From a virus: DNA of 64,000 nucleotides. Under the pieces are notes generated by a model. The model made no database searches. It saw nothing but the letters and a program-made list of their open reading frames with translations, and had not been told where the DNA came from. This document shows positions 34,628-43,956 of this stretch, piece by piece (the first letter of the stretch is position 1; the number at the start of each line of letters is the position of its first letter). The stretch covers positions 1 to 64,000 of the IMG/VR virus record IMGVR_UViG_3300032770_000018. One strand, 5' to 3'. A program made the position numbers and the translations under genes.

Positions 34628-37161
34628 TCGACCTGAAGCTACTCGAGCAGAAGGGCATCAACCCGGACAAGCTGAGGGCCAAGCTACAGCCCAGCGGCTT
34701 CAACTGGGTGCCAAAGAAGGGGGCTTGGGAGAAGGACCCCGGCTACATGACGCACCCGACCAACGAGCCGGGCGAGTCAGACGCCGAGCGCGTCCATAAG
34801 CTGATCCTCCGCATCCGCTCGCGCATCCAGGAGGGGATGACCCGCAATTTCCAGGACTTCCGCGTCTACTACGCGCTTGATGTCGCCTGGGACACCCCGT
34901 TCCGCCAGATCACCCCGACGCTGATCTCGACCTTCCTCGACGCCGACCCAAACGACGAAAAGGTCTACAAAGCCGTACAGGACTGGGGGCTCGCCCATCT
35001 CATCCAAAACGAGAAGGACCCGAAGACCGGCAAGGACGTAAAGACCCTTAACCTCCCGGTATTCTTCAGCGTGGTGGTCCCCCTCGTCCGAGCCTACGTG
35101 ACGATTCGTTGGGCCAAGGTGATGAACGACCGCCGGCAATTTCCGTATTACAAATACGAGCCGGCCAAGAACACGACCGAACTCAGCCTCAAGTGCGAGG
35201 CGCTGAGCGACCGAGTGCAGGTGATGTCATCTCAGTACGGCTATTACGACCAGGACAAGCAGGCGGTGCTCAAGATGCTCCACTACGGGCTGTGCCTGAA
35301 GTTCATCAAAGAAGCCTGGCACTCGGAGGAGCAGTGGAAGGAAGCGGACGCCCAGGACGTGCAGGCCGGCGCCGAGAAGCCCGATGGCAACAAGGCAAGC
35401 ATTGGTGATCCGATAAAGGTGACTACCCGGGAGGGCCTGCGCTATCACATCCCGCACCCAAGCCGAATCTTTCGTGACCTAGCGCACGGGCCGTGGACTT
35501 TCAACTACGATTGTGGATGCGAGTACGGCGGCTACTGGCGCATCGCGCGCTACCGCGAGATCGAGCAGAACCCGGATTTCTGGAACCGCGACAAGATCGG
35601 CTTTGGCGCCGTGGACTTCGTGAGCGGCAACCGGCTCTTTTTCACCACCGTCTATTCGGCCTGCACGCTGACCATCCCGGTCGCCCAACCCGACAAGCAG
35701 CCGGAGGGCCCGGCGCTGGGTGCCGGCATTGGCCTGGGCGCTGGTGACCTCGACCGCGAGAAAGAGATCGCGACCATCTACTACGGAACGGAGCACGGCG
35801 ACCAGGGGGTGCTGGTGACCGAGTACTTTGAAAAGCTGATTCCCAGCCAGAACGGCCTTGGCGACTACGACTGCCCGGTGTGGTTCCGCTTTGTGGTCGC
35901 CGGCGACTCCTGCACGATTCTCTACGCCGAGCCCCTGCCCTACGTGCCGATCACCTACTACGGCTACGACGCGGACGAAAGCCGCAGCAAGCCCGCGAGC
36001 CTGAGCCTCGAGGTGCTTCCCTTCCAGGACCATTTCAGCAACCTGCTGACCCAGACGATCCTCACCTGCAAGCAGAACCTGGCGAACCTGACTTTCATTG
36101 ATAGCGACCAGATTGACGTAGAAACCCAGGGCAAGATCAAGGGCATCGGTGCCTCGCTCTACCGGTTCCTCAACATCATGCCCTACTCGAGCAAGAAGGC
36201 GGCGCGCCTGCAGAACAAGCTCGCGGAGGCGGTGCAGTCTTACGCCCTGCCAAAGGGCAATGTTGCCGAGCTGATCGGAGTGATGAAGCAGATTCTGGAC
36301 GTCATCGAGCGGGTGCTGGTGATGAGCAGCCAGGAAGTTGGCCAGGCGGCCAGCCACGAGTTGCGCGCGGAGGAAGTTCGCAACATCCAGGCCAGCACCT
36401 CGACGCGCCTGATTTTCACCGCTACACCGGTGGATATTGCGACCGATGCGGACAAGCGCCGGATCTACCAGGCGCTGATGGCCTACGGCGACGAGGAGTT
36501 CTCGGTACACGTGCCGGCCGAGTCCCCGGTCACCCCCGATCAATTCAAGGCGATGGGGTTCACCTTCGGTCCAAAGCAGGTCCAGACCCAGTTCCCAGGC
36601 GCGGCCCGAGACCGCTACATCCACGCGCGGGTCAAAAAGAGCGCCCTGGCGATGGACCTCTGGTCGTTTGCCAGCACCAAGAACGACGCCGACCGCGTTG
36701 GTGACGCTCAGATGGCCGTCGCGATGTCGCAGATCACGCTCAACCTGCTCAATAACCCGATGACCGCGCAGGCGATTGGCCCCGACCAGGCGATTGACCT
36801 CGCTAACCATATCTGGCGCCTGAGCGGACTACCGCGGGACATGAAGCTCCGGAACGTCTCCCCGGCGCCCGACCCGCAACAGGCTCAGCAGGAGGCCCAA
36901 CAGCAGCTCGCAGCAACGGCGCAGGCGGTCCTCAAAGCAATCCAGCCTGAGCTTCACCCGTTAATGGATGAGGTGAAGCGCCAACGCGACGAGATCAACG
37001 TGGTTTTCAGGGCGCTCAACCTCCCTATCCCGCAACCCTCGAATGATAACACTCCACCAACGGCCGCTCCCGGACCCGGACCAGGCATCCATGCGCCAAT
37101 GGCTCAACCAGCCGGCGTCCCGGCGCTTCCGGGCGCTCCTGGCCAACCTGGCGGCGGCTGA
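34624..37161 (+). CDS. portal protein (putative)
   Basis: 845 aa; position; YGxCxxF pattern; Q/P-rich C-terminus typical of podovirus portals. Confidence 0.75.
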   Translation: MIDLKLLEQKGINPDKLRAKLQPSGFNWVPKKGAWEKDPGYMTHPTNEPGESDAERVHKLILRIRSRIQEGMTRNFQDFRVYYALDVAWDTPFRQITPTLISTFLDADPNDEKVYKAVQDWGLAHLIQNEKDPKTGKDVKTLNLPVFFSVVVPLVRAYVTIRWAKVMNDRRQFPYYKYEPAKNTTELSLKCEALSDRVQVMSSQYGYYDQDKQAVLKMLHYGLCLKFIKEAWHSEEQWKEADAQDVQAGAEKPDGNKASIGDPIKVTTREGLRYHIPHPSRIFRDLAHGPWTFNYDCGCEYGGYWRIARYREIEQNPDFWNRDKIGFGAVDFVSGNRLFFTTVYSACTLTIPVAQPDKQPEGPALGAGIGLGAGDLDREKEIATIYYGTEHGDQGVLVTEYFEKLIPSQNGLGDYDCPVWFRFVVAGDSCTILYAEPLPYVPITYYGYDADESRSKPASLSLEVLPFQDHFSNLLTQTILTCKQNLANLTFIDSDQIDVETQGKIKGIGASLYRFLNIMPYSSKKAARLQNKLAEAVQSYALPKGNVAELIGVMKQILDVIERVLVMSSQEVGQAASHELRAEEVRNIQASTSTRLIFTATPVDIATDADKRRIYQALMAYGDEEFSVHVPAESPVTPDQFKAMGFTFGPKQVQTQFPGAARDRYIHARVKKSALAMDLWSFASTKNDADRVGDAQMAVAMSQITLNLLNNPMTAQAIGPDQAIDLANHIWRLSGLPRDMKLRNVSPAPDPQQAQQEAQQQLAATAQAVLKAIQPELHPLMDEVKRQRDEINVVFRALNLPIPQPSNDNTPPTAAPGPGPGIHAPMAQPAGVPALPGAPGQPGGG

Positions 37162-37375
37162 GGCTGCCGAGGCGGCAAATAAGCTCTGCGCCCAGCCGGC
37201 GAACGACCGGACGGAGGTGGTGTCCAATGAAGCGCGGGAACTTATTCGCAGATCCCAGGACCTGACGGCTGCTCGGAATCTCCTTGAGGGGATGGCGGTG
37301 CCCGACTACAAGTTCTCTGAATATGACCTCAAGCCCGACACTGCACCCTCCGAGACAGTTAACGTAGAAATGTAA
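37043..37375 (+). CDS. hypothetical protein overlapping the portal C-terminus
   Basis: Helical; typical post-portal small gene. Confidence 0.6.
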   Translation: MITLHQRPLPDPDQASMRQWLNQPASRRFRALLANLAAAEAAEAANKLCAQPANDRTEVVSNEARELIRRSQDLTAARNLLEGMAVPDYKFSEYDLKPDTAPSETVNVEM

Positions 37376-37380
37376 AACCT

Positions 37381-38877
37381 ATGGCACAGATCGACCTCGT
37401 TACCCGCAGAACCACCCCGAAACCTCCTACAGCCGCGCCAGCGACGGCAGCCGAACCACCACCAGTCGTGATACCGACCCCCGAGGAGCTGAAGAAGCGA
37501 ACAAGCGAGATGTTCACCAGCTTGGGGTGGGGAACACCTCCAGAGGCTGCGCTGGGAGCCCAACCAGCAGCTCCCGCCGTGGAACCGCCGGCGCCCACTC
37601 CGCCACCGCCAGCGGCGGCCGAGCCCACCCCGGAACCGGAACCCCAACCTGAACCACAGCCCGAACCCACGACGGCTGACCTTATCGCCAGCACGGCCCG
37701 GGAGACCGCCATCGAGGTTTCCAAAGCAATCAGCCGCGTTCCCGCCACGCCTGCCGCCGCACCTGAGCCAGCGCTCGATCTGACGCCGGAGGATCAGGAG
37801 ACACTGACCGTCCTTGAGTGGATGGAAAAGAGCGAGCCCAGCAAATATCGAGGGCGCGCCGCGCAGTTCCGCGACTACCTGCGAAAGGTGTATGCCTACC
37901 AAGACGCCTGGCTGGCCAAGAACGAAGGCAAGGATTTCAACGCCAATGACGAGGAGCATTCGGCGTTCTACGCCGAGAATCCGTTCCCGGTGACCTTGCA
38001 GGAGATCCAGAACGCCCAGGTGGACATGCGGGCGGAAGCCAAGTGGGAGACCCGCGTGAAGCCATTGCAGGAACGGATCGACATGATGGATAACGAGCGA
38101 AAGGTCCAGGAGGCCATGCCCGTCATCGGCGCCAACCTCGCGAAGATGGTCTATCGGATGGTTGAGGTGGGTGCTCCCGAGCTGGCCACGCTGGTTCGTG
38201 GCGCCGACGGCAAGCCGAACTTCAGCCCCGAATCCATCGCGGCAGTCGAGGCCAAGGACCCAATCGCCAAAACCATCCTCGACGCCTTTGTGGACAACCA
38301 ACTCAAACCGATGATCATGGAGTTGGAAAAGACGGTCATTCCAGGCGCGCGCTTCCAACTCGACCCGGACCACAACGCGGTTCACGCGCAGATTCGGGAT
38401 TACCACCTCAAGGCCGAGCGGGAGATGGCAGCCGCGCCCGCCAGCGTGCGAATCCAGAACGGAAAGCAGTGGGTGCCGGTCCAGAGATTATCCCAAATGC
38501 GCCGGCAGGTGCAGGGTGGCCCCAGCAGTGACGCCGATAAGGCGGCGGCGATGGACGACATCAATGCGCGGTACTGGTGCCTGAGCGTTGACGATCTGGA
38601 AAGCTCGATTGCCTACGATTTGGCGCTCAAGGCGCAAGCGCTAATTGCGCAAACCGATACCCTGGCGAAGAAAAAATACGGCGGGTCAGCCGCCCCGCAA
38701 CCCCAACCCAGACCCGCAGCGCCAGCGCCAGCTCCAGCGCCGCAGGTAGCGGCACCGGGCGCAAAACCGCGTTCCCCCTCCACCTCGTCGCCGTCCGATA
38801 CTTCGTCCGGCGCAGGAAGTCCTGGCGGAGGTGAAAAAAGTTTCGGGGAACGCGTCACAGCCAATCTCTTCGCGTAG
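37381..38877 (+). CDS. scaffolding-like protein
   Basis: Pro/Glu-rich ends, helical core, directly upstream of the capsid gene. Confidence 0.6.
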   Translation: MAQIDLVTRRTTPKPPTAAPATAAEPPPVVIPTPEELKKRTSEMFTSLGWGTPPEAALGAQPAAPAVEPPAPTPPPPAAAEPTPEPEPQPEPQPEPTTADLIASTARETAIEVSKAISRVPATPAAAPEPALDLTPEDQETLTVLEWMEKSEPSKYRGRAAQFRDYLRKVYAYQDAWLAKNEGKDFNANDEEHSAFYAENPFPVTLQEIQNAQVDMRAEAKWETRVKPLQERIDMMDNERKVQEAMPVIGANLAKMVYRMVEVGAPELATLVRGADGKPNFSPESIAAVEAKDPIAKTILDAFVDNQLKPMIMELEKTVIPGARFQLDPDHNAVHAQIRDYHLKAEREMAAAPASVRIQNGKQWVPVQRLSQMRRQVQGGPSSDADKAAAMDDINARYWCLSVDDLESSIAYDLALKAQALIAQTDTLAKKKYGGSAAPQPQPRPAAPAPAPAPQVAAPGAKPRSPSTSSPSDTSSGAGSPGGGEKSFGERVTANLFA

Positions 38878-38881
38878 TAGC

Positions 38882-38935
38882 ATCGGTCTCAGTTGAAGCG
38901 GCCGGGTCAGACGGCCGCCAAAAACCGAGACCGAT
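38882..38935 (+). promoter_or_regulatory. long hairpin ending at the capsid start codon
   Basis: ATCGGTCTC/GAGACCGAT with inner GCGGCCG/CGGCCGC; ATG follows immediately; no SD. Confidence 0.6.
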
Positions 38936-40891
38936 ATGAAAGTAAGAAATTCGCTTTTGGTGCTGGCGGTCCTCACGTTGGCCCTGCTGGCTATAGCCTT
39001 CACGGTGCCCTACCTCAAGGAGTTCGCGCTGGGCACAGCCCTCGCGCTGCCCTTCCTGGCGGTGACGAGCACCCAAAACCGTTTCCAAGACACGCCATGT
39101 ACGGTCGTGGTGTCGAACAACTACGACACCCACGGAACGATCACGCGCGCCAGCGTGGCCAACCTGACGCCCGCGCAGCTTGAGGCGCTGTTCCGACCGG
39201 GGGGCCTGTTTGCTGACATGGACTCGTGGTTCAAGACCTCCTTCGAGATGAAAGCCTGCGGCATCAAGGTCAACGGCATGTATGACTGGGTAATGTCCAG
39301 CCAGCGCTCGATGGGCAGCCTGCTCACCTACGAGAAGATGGACCGCGGCCCCAGCCTGCTGAAGCCCTTCGTCATGGGCCGACAGGACTCGGTGATCAAC
39401 AAGGAATTCTGGGCGATCACTGGCGGCGTCGCCGAATCGGGTTACACGCCAGACCAGCCCGGCACGGCCATCGGGACGGCCACCGCTGGTCCCATCACCG
39501 CAGCCGACCTCAGCGCCTCCGGCGCCGCCTCCTCCGACCGCATCATCCGCGTGGTCAACCGCTACGGGATGGACCTGGATGCCAAGTGGTTCCTCAACCG
39601 CGACCGCGTCTTCATCATGGGTTTGAAAAACGGCCAGGCTACCTCCGGCTCGTGGAAGGTCCTGGCCTCCGGCGTTTCGACCGACCTCTCCTACGTGGAT
39701 GTCTGCATCACGAGCGAAAACGCGGGATCGACCAGCGTCTACGACGCGACCCCAACGGCTGGCGTGTTGCTGGCCGGCGGCAATAACGTGAGCGACTACG
39801 AAAGCTGGTGCAATAACCGGCCGACGGTTGACCCCCGCAAGCGCGTGCCGTTCTGGTATCAGACCATGCGCCGAGCCCGGGCGGTTGACTCGGAATACAA
39901 GGTGGTGTTCGCGCGCCTGATGGAGAGCAACGAATATTTCCGCCAGTTCGGCGACCTGCCGTTGGCTGAACGCAATCGCCAGGACGAAGAGCTTTTCCAG
40001 CGCTCTTGGCTGAACAGCTTCTTCTTCGGCAAGAAGATCAGCACCAACCAGACGCTGGCTAACTGGCAGAGTCTGGAACAGATTCTCACGGTCACCAGCA
40101 CCGGGGTTGATCCGGGCCAGGGCGGCAAACTCGTCGCCTACCGAGCCAACATGGTAGGCATCTACGAGCAGCTCAAAGCGTGTAGCCGGGTCAAGGACCT
40201 GCAGAACAACCAGATCAACCTCTACGAGTTCCTCGGCGAGTGCTACCGCATCTACCGCGCGCGCAAGAGCCAGGGCCGGGTGGTTGATTCGCTGGACGTG
40301 TTCATGGACAGCGTGTCAGCCGCCGACTGGGAGACCGCGTTCATCAACTACTACAAGCAGGAGTACGGCGACATCGTCCGTATCAACATCGAGACCGGCA
40401 GCAACGAACTGGGCTTCCACTGGCGGTCTTTCACGGTTAAATACCCGATTGGCGTGCAGATTAACCTCGTGACCCACGAGTTCTTCGATGACATCGCCAA
40501 CGCGTTCACCACGGAGAATCTCGCCAGCCGCGGCAACTTCGCGCTGATCCTGGACATCGGAAAGCCCGGCCCAAAGGGCGGGACGATCTATCCGGGAATG
40601 ATCGCCTCCAACCGCAAGATGCGGACGCTGGGTGACCTCGAACAACTGGCGAGGATCGACCCGACCTTCGCCTGCACGATGGAGAGCGTGACTGAGGAAA
40701 TCAGCCTGACATCGGAGACCTGCACAGCCGTCTGCGAGTGCCCGGCAAACTCGGTCTGGATCGAGAACCGCGCGCCCGGTGTTCCGAGCACCAGCGCGAT
40801 GACGCAAAATCCAGACTACTTGAATTTGTATCAGTTACCATGGGCTTTTCTAATCGCCGCATCATTGGCGATTGGCGGTCTTTTGTGCTGA
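38936..40891 (+). CDS. major capsid protein (putative) with hydrophobic N- and C-termini
   Basis: Position (portal-scaffold-X-terminator), strong codon bias, YQT...FFFG...GI pattern of HK97-type MCPs. Confidence 0.7.
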   Translation: MKVRNSLLVLAVLTLALLAIAFTVPYLKEFALGTALALPFLAVTSTQNRFQDTPCTVVVSNNYDTHGTITRASVANLTPAQLEALFRPGGLFADMDSWFKTSFEMKACGIKVNGMYDWVMSSQRSMGSLLTYEKMDRGPSLLKPFVMGRQDSVINKEFWAITGGVAESGYTPDQPGTAIGTATAGPITAADLSASGAASSDRIIRVVNRYGMDLDAKWFLNRDRVFIMGLKNGQATSGSWKVLASGVSTDLSYVDVCITSENAGSTSVYDATPTAGVLLAGGNNVSDYESWCNNRPTVDPRKRVPFWYQTMRRARAVDSEYKVVFARLMESNEYFRQFGDLPLAERNRQDEELFQRSWLNSFFFGKKISTNQTLANWQSLEQILTVTSTGVDPGQGGKLVAYRANMVGIYEQLKACSRVKDLQNNQINLYEFLGECYRIYRARKSQGRVVDSLDVFMDSVSAADWETAFINYYKQEYGDIVRINIETGSNELGFHWRSFTVKYPIGVQINLVTHEFFDDIANAFTTENLASRGNFALILDIGKPGPKGGTIYPGMIASNRKMRTLGDLEQLARIDPTFACTMESVTEEISLTSETCTAVCECPANSVWIENRAPGVPSTSAMTQNPDYLNLYQLPWAFLIAASLAIGGLLC

Positions 40892-40927
40892 TCGTTTCGA
40901 TGTAGCGCTACAACGAGGGTTGAGTGC

Positions 40928-40962
40928 GGCGCCCCGGCGAAAGTCGGGGCGCCTGCTTTTTT
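40928..40962 (+). terminator. rho-independent terminator
   Basis: GGCGCCCCGGC-GAAA-GTCGGGGCGCC followed by TGCTTTTTT. Confidence 0.9.
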
Positions 40963-41019
40963 GCTTTGCTTGGTTGGCGATTCGGTGCAATGCTCTGGCA
41001 CAGTGAAAATCGAAATCCA

Positions 41020-41829
41020 ATGCCGCACATAGTCAGCTTCTCTGGCGGGGTTTGTTCCTTTTGGGCCGCTAAACGCACGGTATCGCGCTACGGAAAAGAG
41101 AACGTAATTCTGCTGTTTGCCGACACCTTAATCGAGGACGAGGACCTCTACAGATTCAACAAACAGGCGCAGGATCACCTCGGAGTGCCAATTACAAGGA
41201 TCGCCGATGGGAGAACACCTTGGCAGGTATTTAGGGATGAACACCTGATAGGGAACACGCACGCAGACATCTGCTCAAGGATTCTAAAACGGGAGCTTAT
41301 TTGGTCATGGATAAGGGGGCATTTCTTCGCCTTTGGACCCGATCCGGCGGTCGTCCATCTCGGCATGGATTTCTCGGAGTTTTCCAGACTTGCAGAGGTG
41401 CAAGCCAACAACCGCGATTATCTTATCACCGCGCCGATGTGCGAGGGCGAGCTTTGGGACAAATGCCGGATGCTGGAGGAACTAAAATCCATTGGGATAG
41501 CGCCACCACGACTCTACTCGTTTGGGTTTCCGCACAATAACTGCGGCGGGTTTTGCGTTAAGGCTGGAATCTCCCACTTTGTTCACCTGCACGACGTTCT
41601 CCCAAAGGTCTTTGCCACCCACGAGCAGGAAGAACTTTTTACCCAGCAATGGCTGAGAGAGCGGGGTGTAAGCAATTGGCAATACACGATCCTCCTGGAC
41701 AGGCGCGGGGGTAAAACCAAGCCGCTTTTGCTCCGCGACCTCAGGCTTCGCATCGAAGCGGGCGAGAAATTCCCGAGGGACGAGTGGGGTGGTTGTGGCT
41801 GCGCTGTGTCGTATCAAGCTGCAGCGTAG
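41020..41829 (+). CDS. PP-loop PAPS-reductase-like protein #2
   Basis: HIVSFSGG.CS, LFADT, CSRILK, FPHNNCGGFCVKAG, GGCGC. Confidence 0.85.
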   Translation: MPHIVSFSGGVCSFWAAKRTVSRYGKENVILLFADTLIEDEDLYRFNKQAQDHLGVPITRIADGRTPWQVFRDEHLIGNTHADICSRILKRELIWSWIRGHFFAFGPDPAVVHLGMDFSEFSRLAEVQANNRDYLITAPMCEGELWDKCRMLEELKSIGIAPPRLYSFGFPHNNCGGFCVKAGISHFVHLHDVLPKVFATHEQEELFTQQWLRERGVSNWQYTILLDRRGGKTKPLLLRDLRLRIEAGEKFPRDEWGGCGCAVSYQAAA

Positions 41830-41875
41830 CTATTTTTCGCTTTGCAACTCCGCAAACGGCGGTATAAGTGCGTCC

Positions 41876-42376
41876 ATGGCAGTCAAGTTCTACAAAAAGC
41901 TTTCGCCAGAGACAGAGGTGGTGGTCCTCGGGAAATTCAAGCTCAAGTTCGACACGCTCGACCACGTCGTCGGCTATTACGCGACGGACAAACCTGAGGT
42001 TTGGGCGGAGTTCGAGAAGTTCATGCGCGAGCAGCGCTACTGCATCAGCGAGATCAGCGAATCGGAATTTCACGAAAACTTCGTAAAAAAAAAGGCGACA
42101 AGCAGTCCATTAAGGCCCGATTGGAGGGAGGAGATTTCCAAAGGTACGCGTTCGGGCGAGGAGCCCATGGAGCGTATAAAAGGGCCTCTGGCAAATGCCG
42201 TACGTGTTGAGGGCTGCGACGGCCACAAAGCCCCTCCCTGCGCCTCAGCCATGGGCGACGCCCGGGTGGTAGCCGCTGCGGAGGTCCCGCCTACACCCAA
42301 GGAATTCAAGCCACCGGTCGGCCGGCGCACGCGAGCGACCAGAACCAAACCCACGCCGGCTGAGCCCAAAGCGTGA
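41876..42376 (+). CDS. hypothetical late protein with internal A9 run
   Basis: Leaderless promoter before ATG 41876. Confidence 0.65.
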   Translation: MAVKFYKKLSPETEVVVLGKFKLKFDTLDHVVGYYATDKPEVWAEFEKFMREQRYCISEISESEFHENFVKKKATSSPLRPDWREEISKGTRSGEEPMERIKGPLANAVRVEGCDGHKAPPCASAMGDARVVAAAEVPPTPKEFKPPVGRRTRATRTKPTPAEPKA

Positions 42377-43956
42377 AAACCGTATCCCAGTTAAAGACGG
42401 AGATCCGAAACCAGGTTTGGCCATCTGGTCCGCCGGAGAACCTCACTAGCGCACATGATCTGCTCTTCCAGGAAGCCTTCGCCGAGATCGCCAAGTGGGT
42501 GGAATGCGAGCAGGTGGGCAACGTGGATGTTACGGACTTCTGCAAGACGTTTTTCAAATGCGGGGTGACGGTCCTCCCATGCCCGAAGGGTATCATCCGC
42601 CGGCTCTACGTCATCGCCAATGACGATTTCTGCGACCCGGTATTCTACGAGGAGGTGACGTACGAAAAGCTCGTGGCCTGGTCGAACTTCCTGGCCTACA
42701 TCATCAAGCAGGCCAATGTCCCGCTAACAGGCGGCCCGCTGCCGCTGGGATTCAGGGCGGCCGACGCTTCGACCGATAGCCTCTGCGGGCGCGCCCGGCA
42801 AGGCTACTGGGCCAAATACCGCGGCAACATCTACATTGCTCCGTGGATTCAGAGCATGGAGAGCGTGGTCGTCGAGTGGGATGGCATCAAGACCGTCTGG
42901 GGAGACTCCGACGTGGTGACTGACACCCAGGACTATAAAAAGGCCATCAAACTCTATTTCCAGTACGGTCACGAGCGCGACTATGGCGACCAGAGCATGG
43001 CGGCTGCTCTCAAAGTCGGAAACCCTCCCGGAACCGGAGGATTTGACCAGGCACTGGCGGACCTCGGGTGGCAGTGCCGTGAGAACACGCGCGTCCGTGA
43101 GAGCCAGCCGCAGCCAAACAAGCAGCGGTTCGGCTGGATCACGCTCGACCTGATCGAGAAAGGACTGCCGCCAGGGCCTGTGCCACCATCGGTCATCGCG
43201 CATCTGGGCAACTTCTTCCCGTCTGGTTCGGCCTCCGACGAGGTGGGCGCTTTGGTTCGGACGATGTCTCCGGCGGCGCTGGTCGCCTGCGGGTTGGTGG
43301 CTGGCGCCTCGGGAGACAGCTACGACGATCCGACCGGAAAATGGTTCCACGACTTTATTCAGCCATACCTTGGGGCCCAAGGCGCCGGCTCGGACGCTGG
43401 GAACGCCTTCTGGCCGGCAGTGGGCCCGGGCGACTGGGCAAAGGACGCCTGCGCGACCTTCTTGGCCTGGTTCCCGATAGGCAATCGCCTCTACTACTCG
43501 AAATGCCTGCAAAACATCGAATTCTTCTTCCTGGACACCAACGTGCGTGAGCCTGACGGAAACTGGTTAAACTCCACGCAAGCGCAATGGCTCCAGGTGT
43601 GGATCGCGATGAGCACCTCGCCCTGGAAAGTGGTGGTAATGGCCGACTGCCCGTATGGCTCGGTCCGCAGCAACGGATTGCTCCAGTGGCCGTTCAGGTC
43701 GTGGGGGATTGATATGGTGCTTTGCTCGGGCGCCGTGAACTACGAGCGGCTTTCGGTGTCGGGGATGCCGGTGATTAACAATGGACTGGCTGGAGGAAGT
43801 GCTATTGAGCCGGTGGTAACTCCGGACCCCAACTCGGTGTTCGTTTACAGCGCCGGAGGTGGTGTTGGCCGAATGACCCTCGATGCCAATAACCTGCTCT
43901 ACGAGTTTGTTCAGCTCGACGGCTCAACCATTGACTCGGTGAAGCTCACCAAATGA
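42373..43956 (+). CDS. head-tail adaptor/tail-tube-like N-terminus fused to a degenerate calcineurin-like metallophosphoesterase
   Basis: C-terminal half follows the MPP scaffold (FWPAVG..DW, YY, FFLDT..EPDG, QAQWL, PWKVV, WPF..WG, NYERL) but lacks the metal ligands. Confidence 0.7.
   Translation: MKTVSQLKTEIRNQVWPSGPPENLTSAHDLLFQEAFAEIAKWVECEQVGNVDVTDFCKTFFKCGVTVLPCPKGIIRRLYVIANDDFCDPVFYEEVTYEKLVAWSNFLAYIIKQANVPLTGGPLPLGFRAADASTDSLCGRARQGYWAKYRGNIYIAPWIQSMESVVVEWDGIKTVWGDSDVVTDTQDYKKAIKLYFQYGHERDYGDQSMAAALKVGNPPGTGGFDQALADLGWQCRENTRVRESQPQPNKQRFGWITLDLIEKGLPPGPVPPSVIAHLGNFFPSGSASDEVGALVRTMSPAALVACGLVAGASGDSYDDPTGKWFHDFIQPYLGAQGAGSDAGNAFWPAVGPGDWAKDACATFLAWFPIGNRLYYSKCLQNIEFFFLDTNVREPDGNWLNSTQAQWLQVWIAMSTSPWKVVVMADCPYGSVRSNGLLQWPFRSWGIDMVLCSGAVNYERLSVSGMPVINNGLAGGSAIEPVVTPDPNSVFVYSAGGGVGRMTLDANNLLYEFVQLDGSTIDSVKLTK

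Noticed and set aside
35479-38406. Long antisense ORFs (35479-36810, 37306-38406; likewise 59178-60446, 21823-22686, 22845-23717)
   Set aside because: Shadow ORFs caused by high-GC codon bias opposite well-supported genes; no motifs
29385-41829. Dnd/Ssp phosphorothioation system or sulfate-assimilation AMG
   Set aside because: No cysteine desulfurase, DndD/E, SspB/C or cys pathway genes in the window
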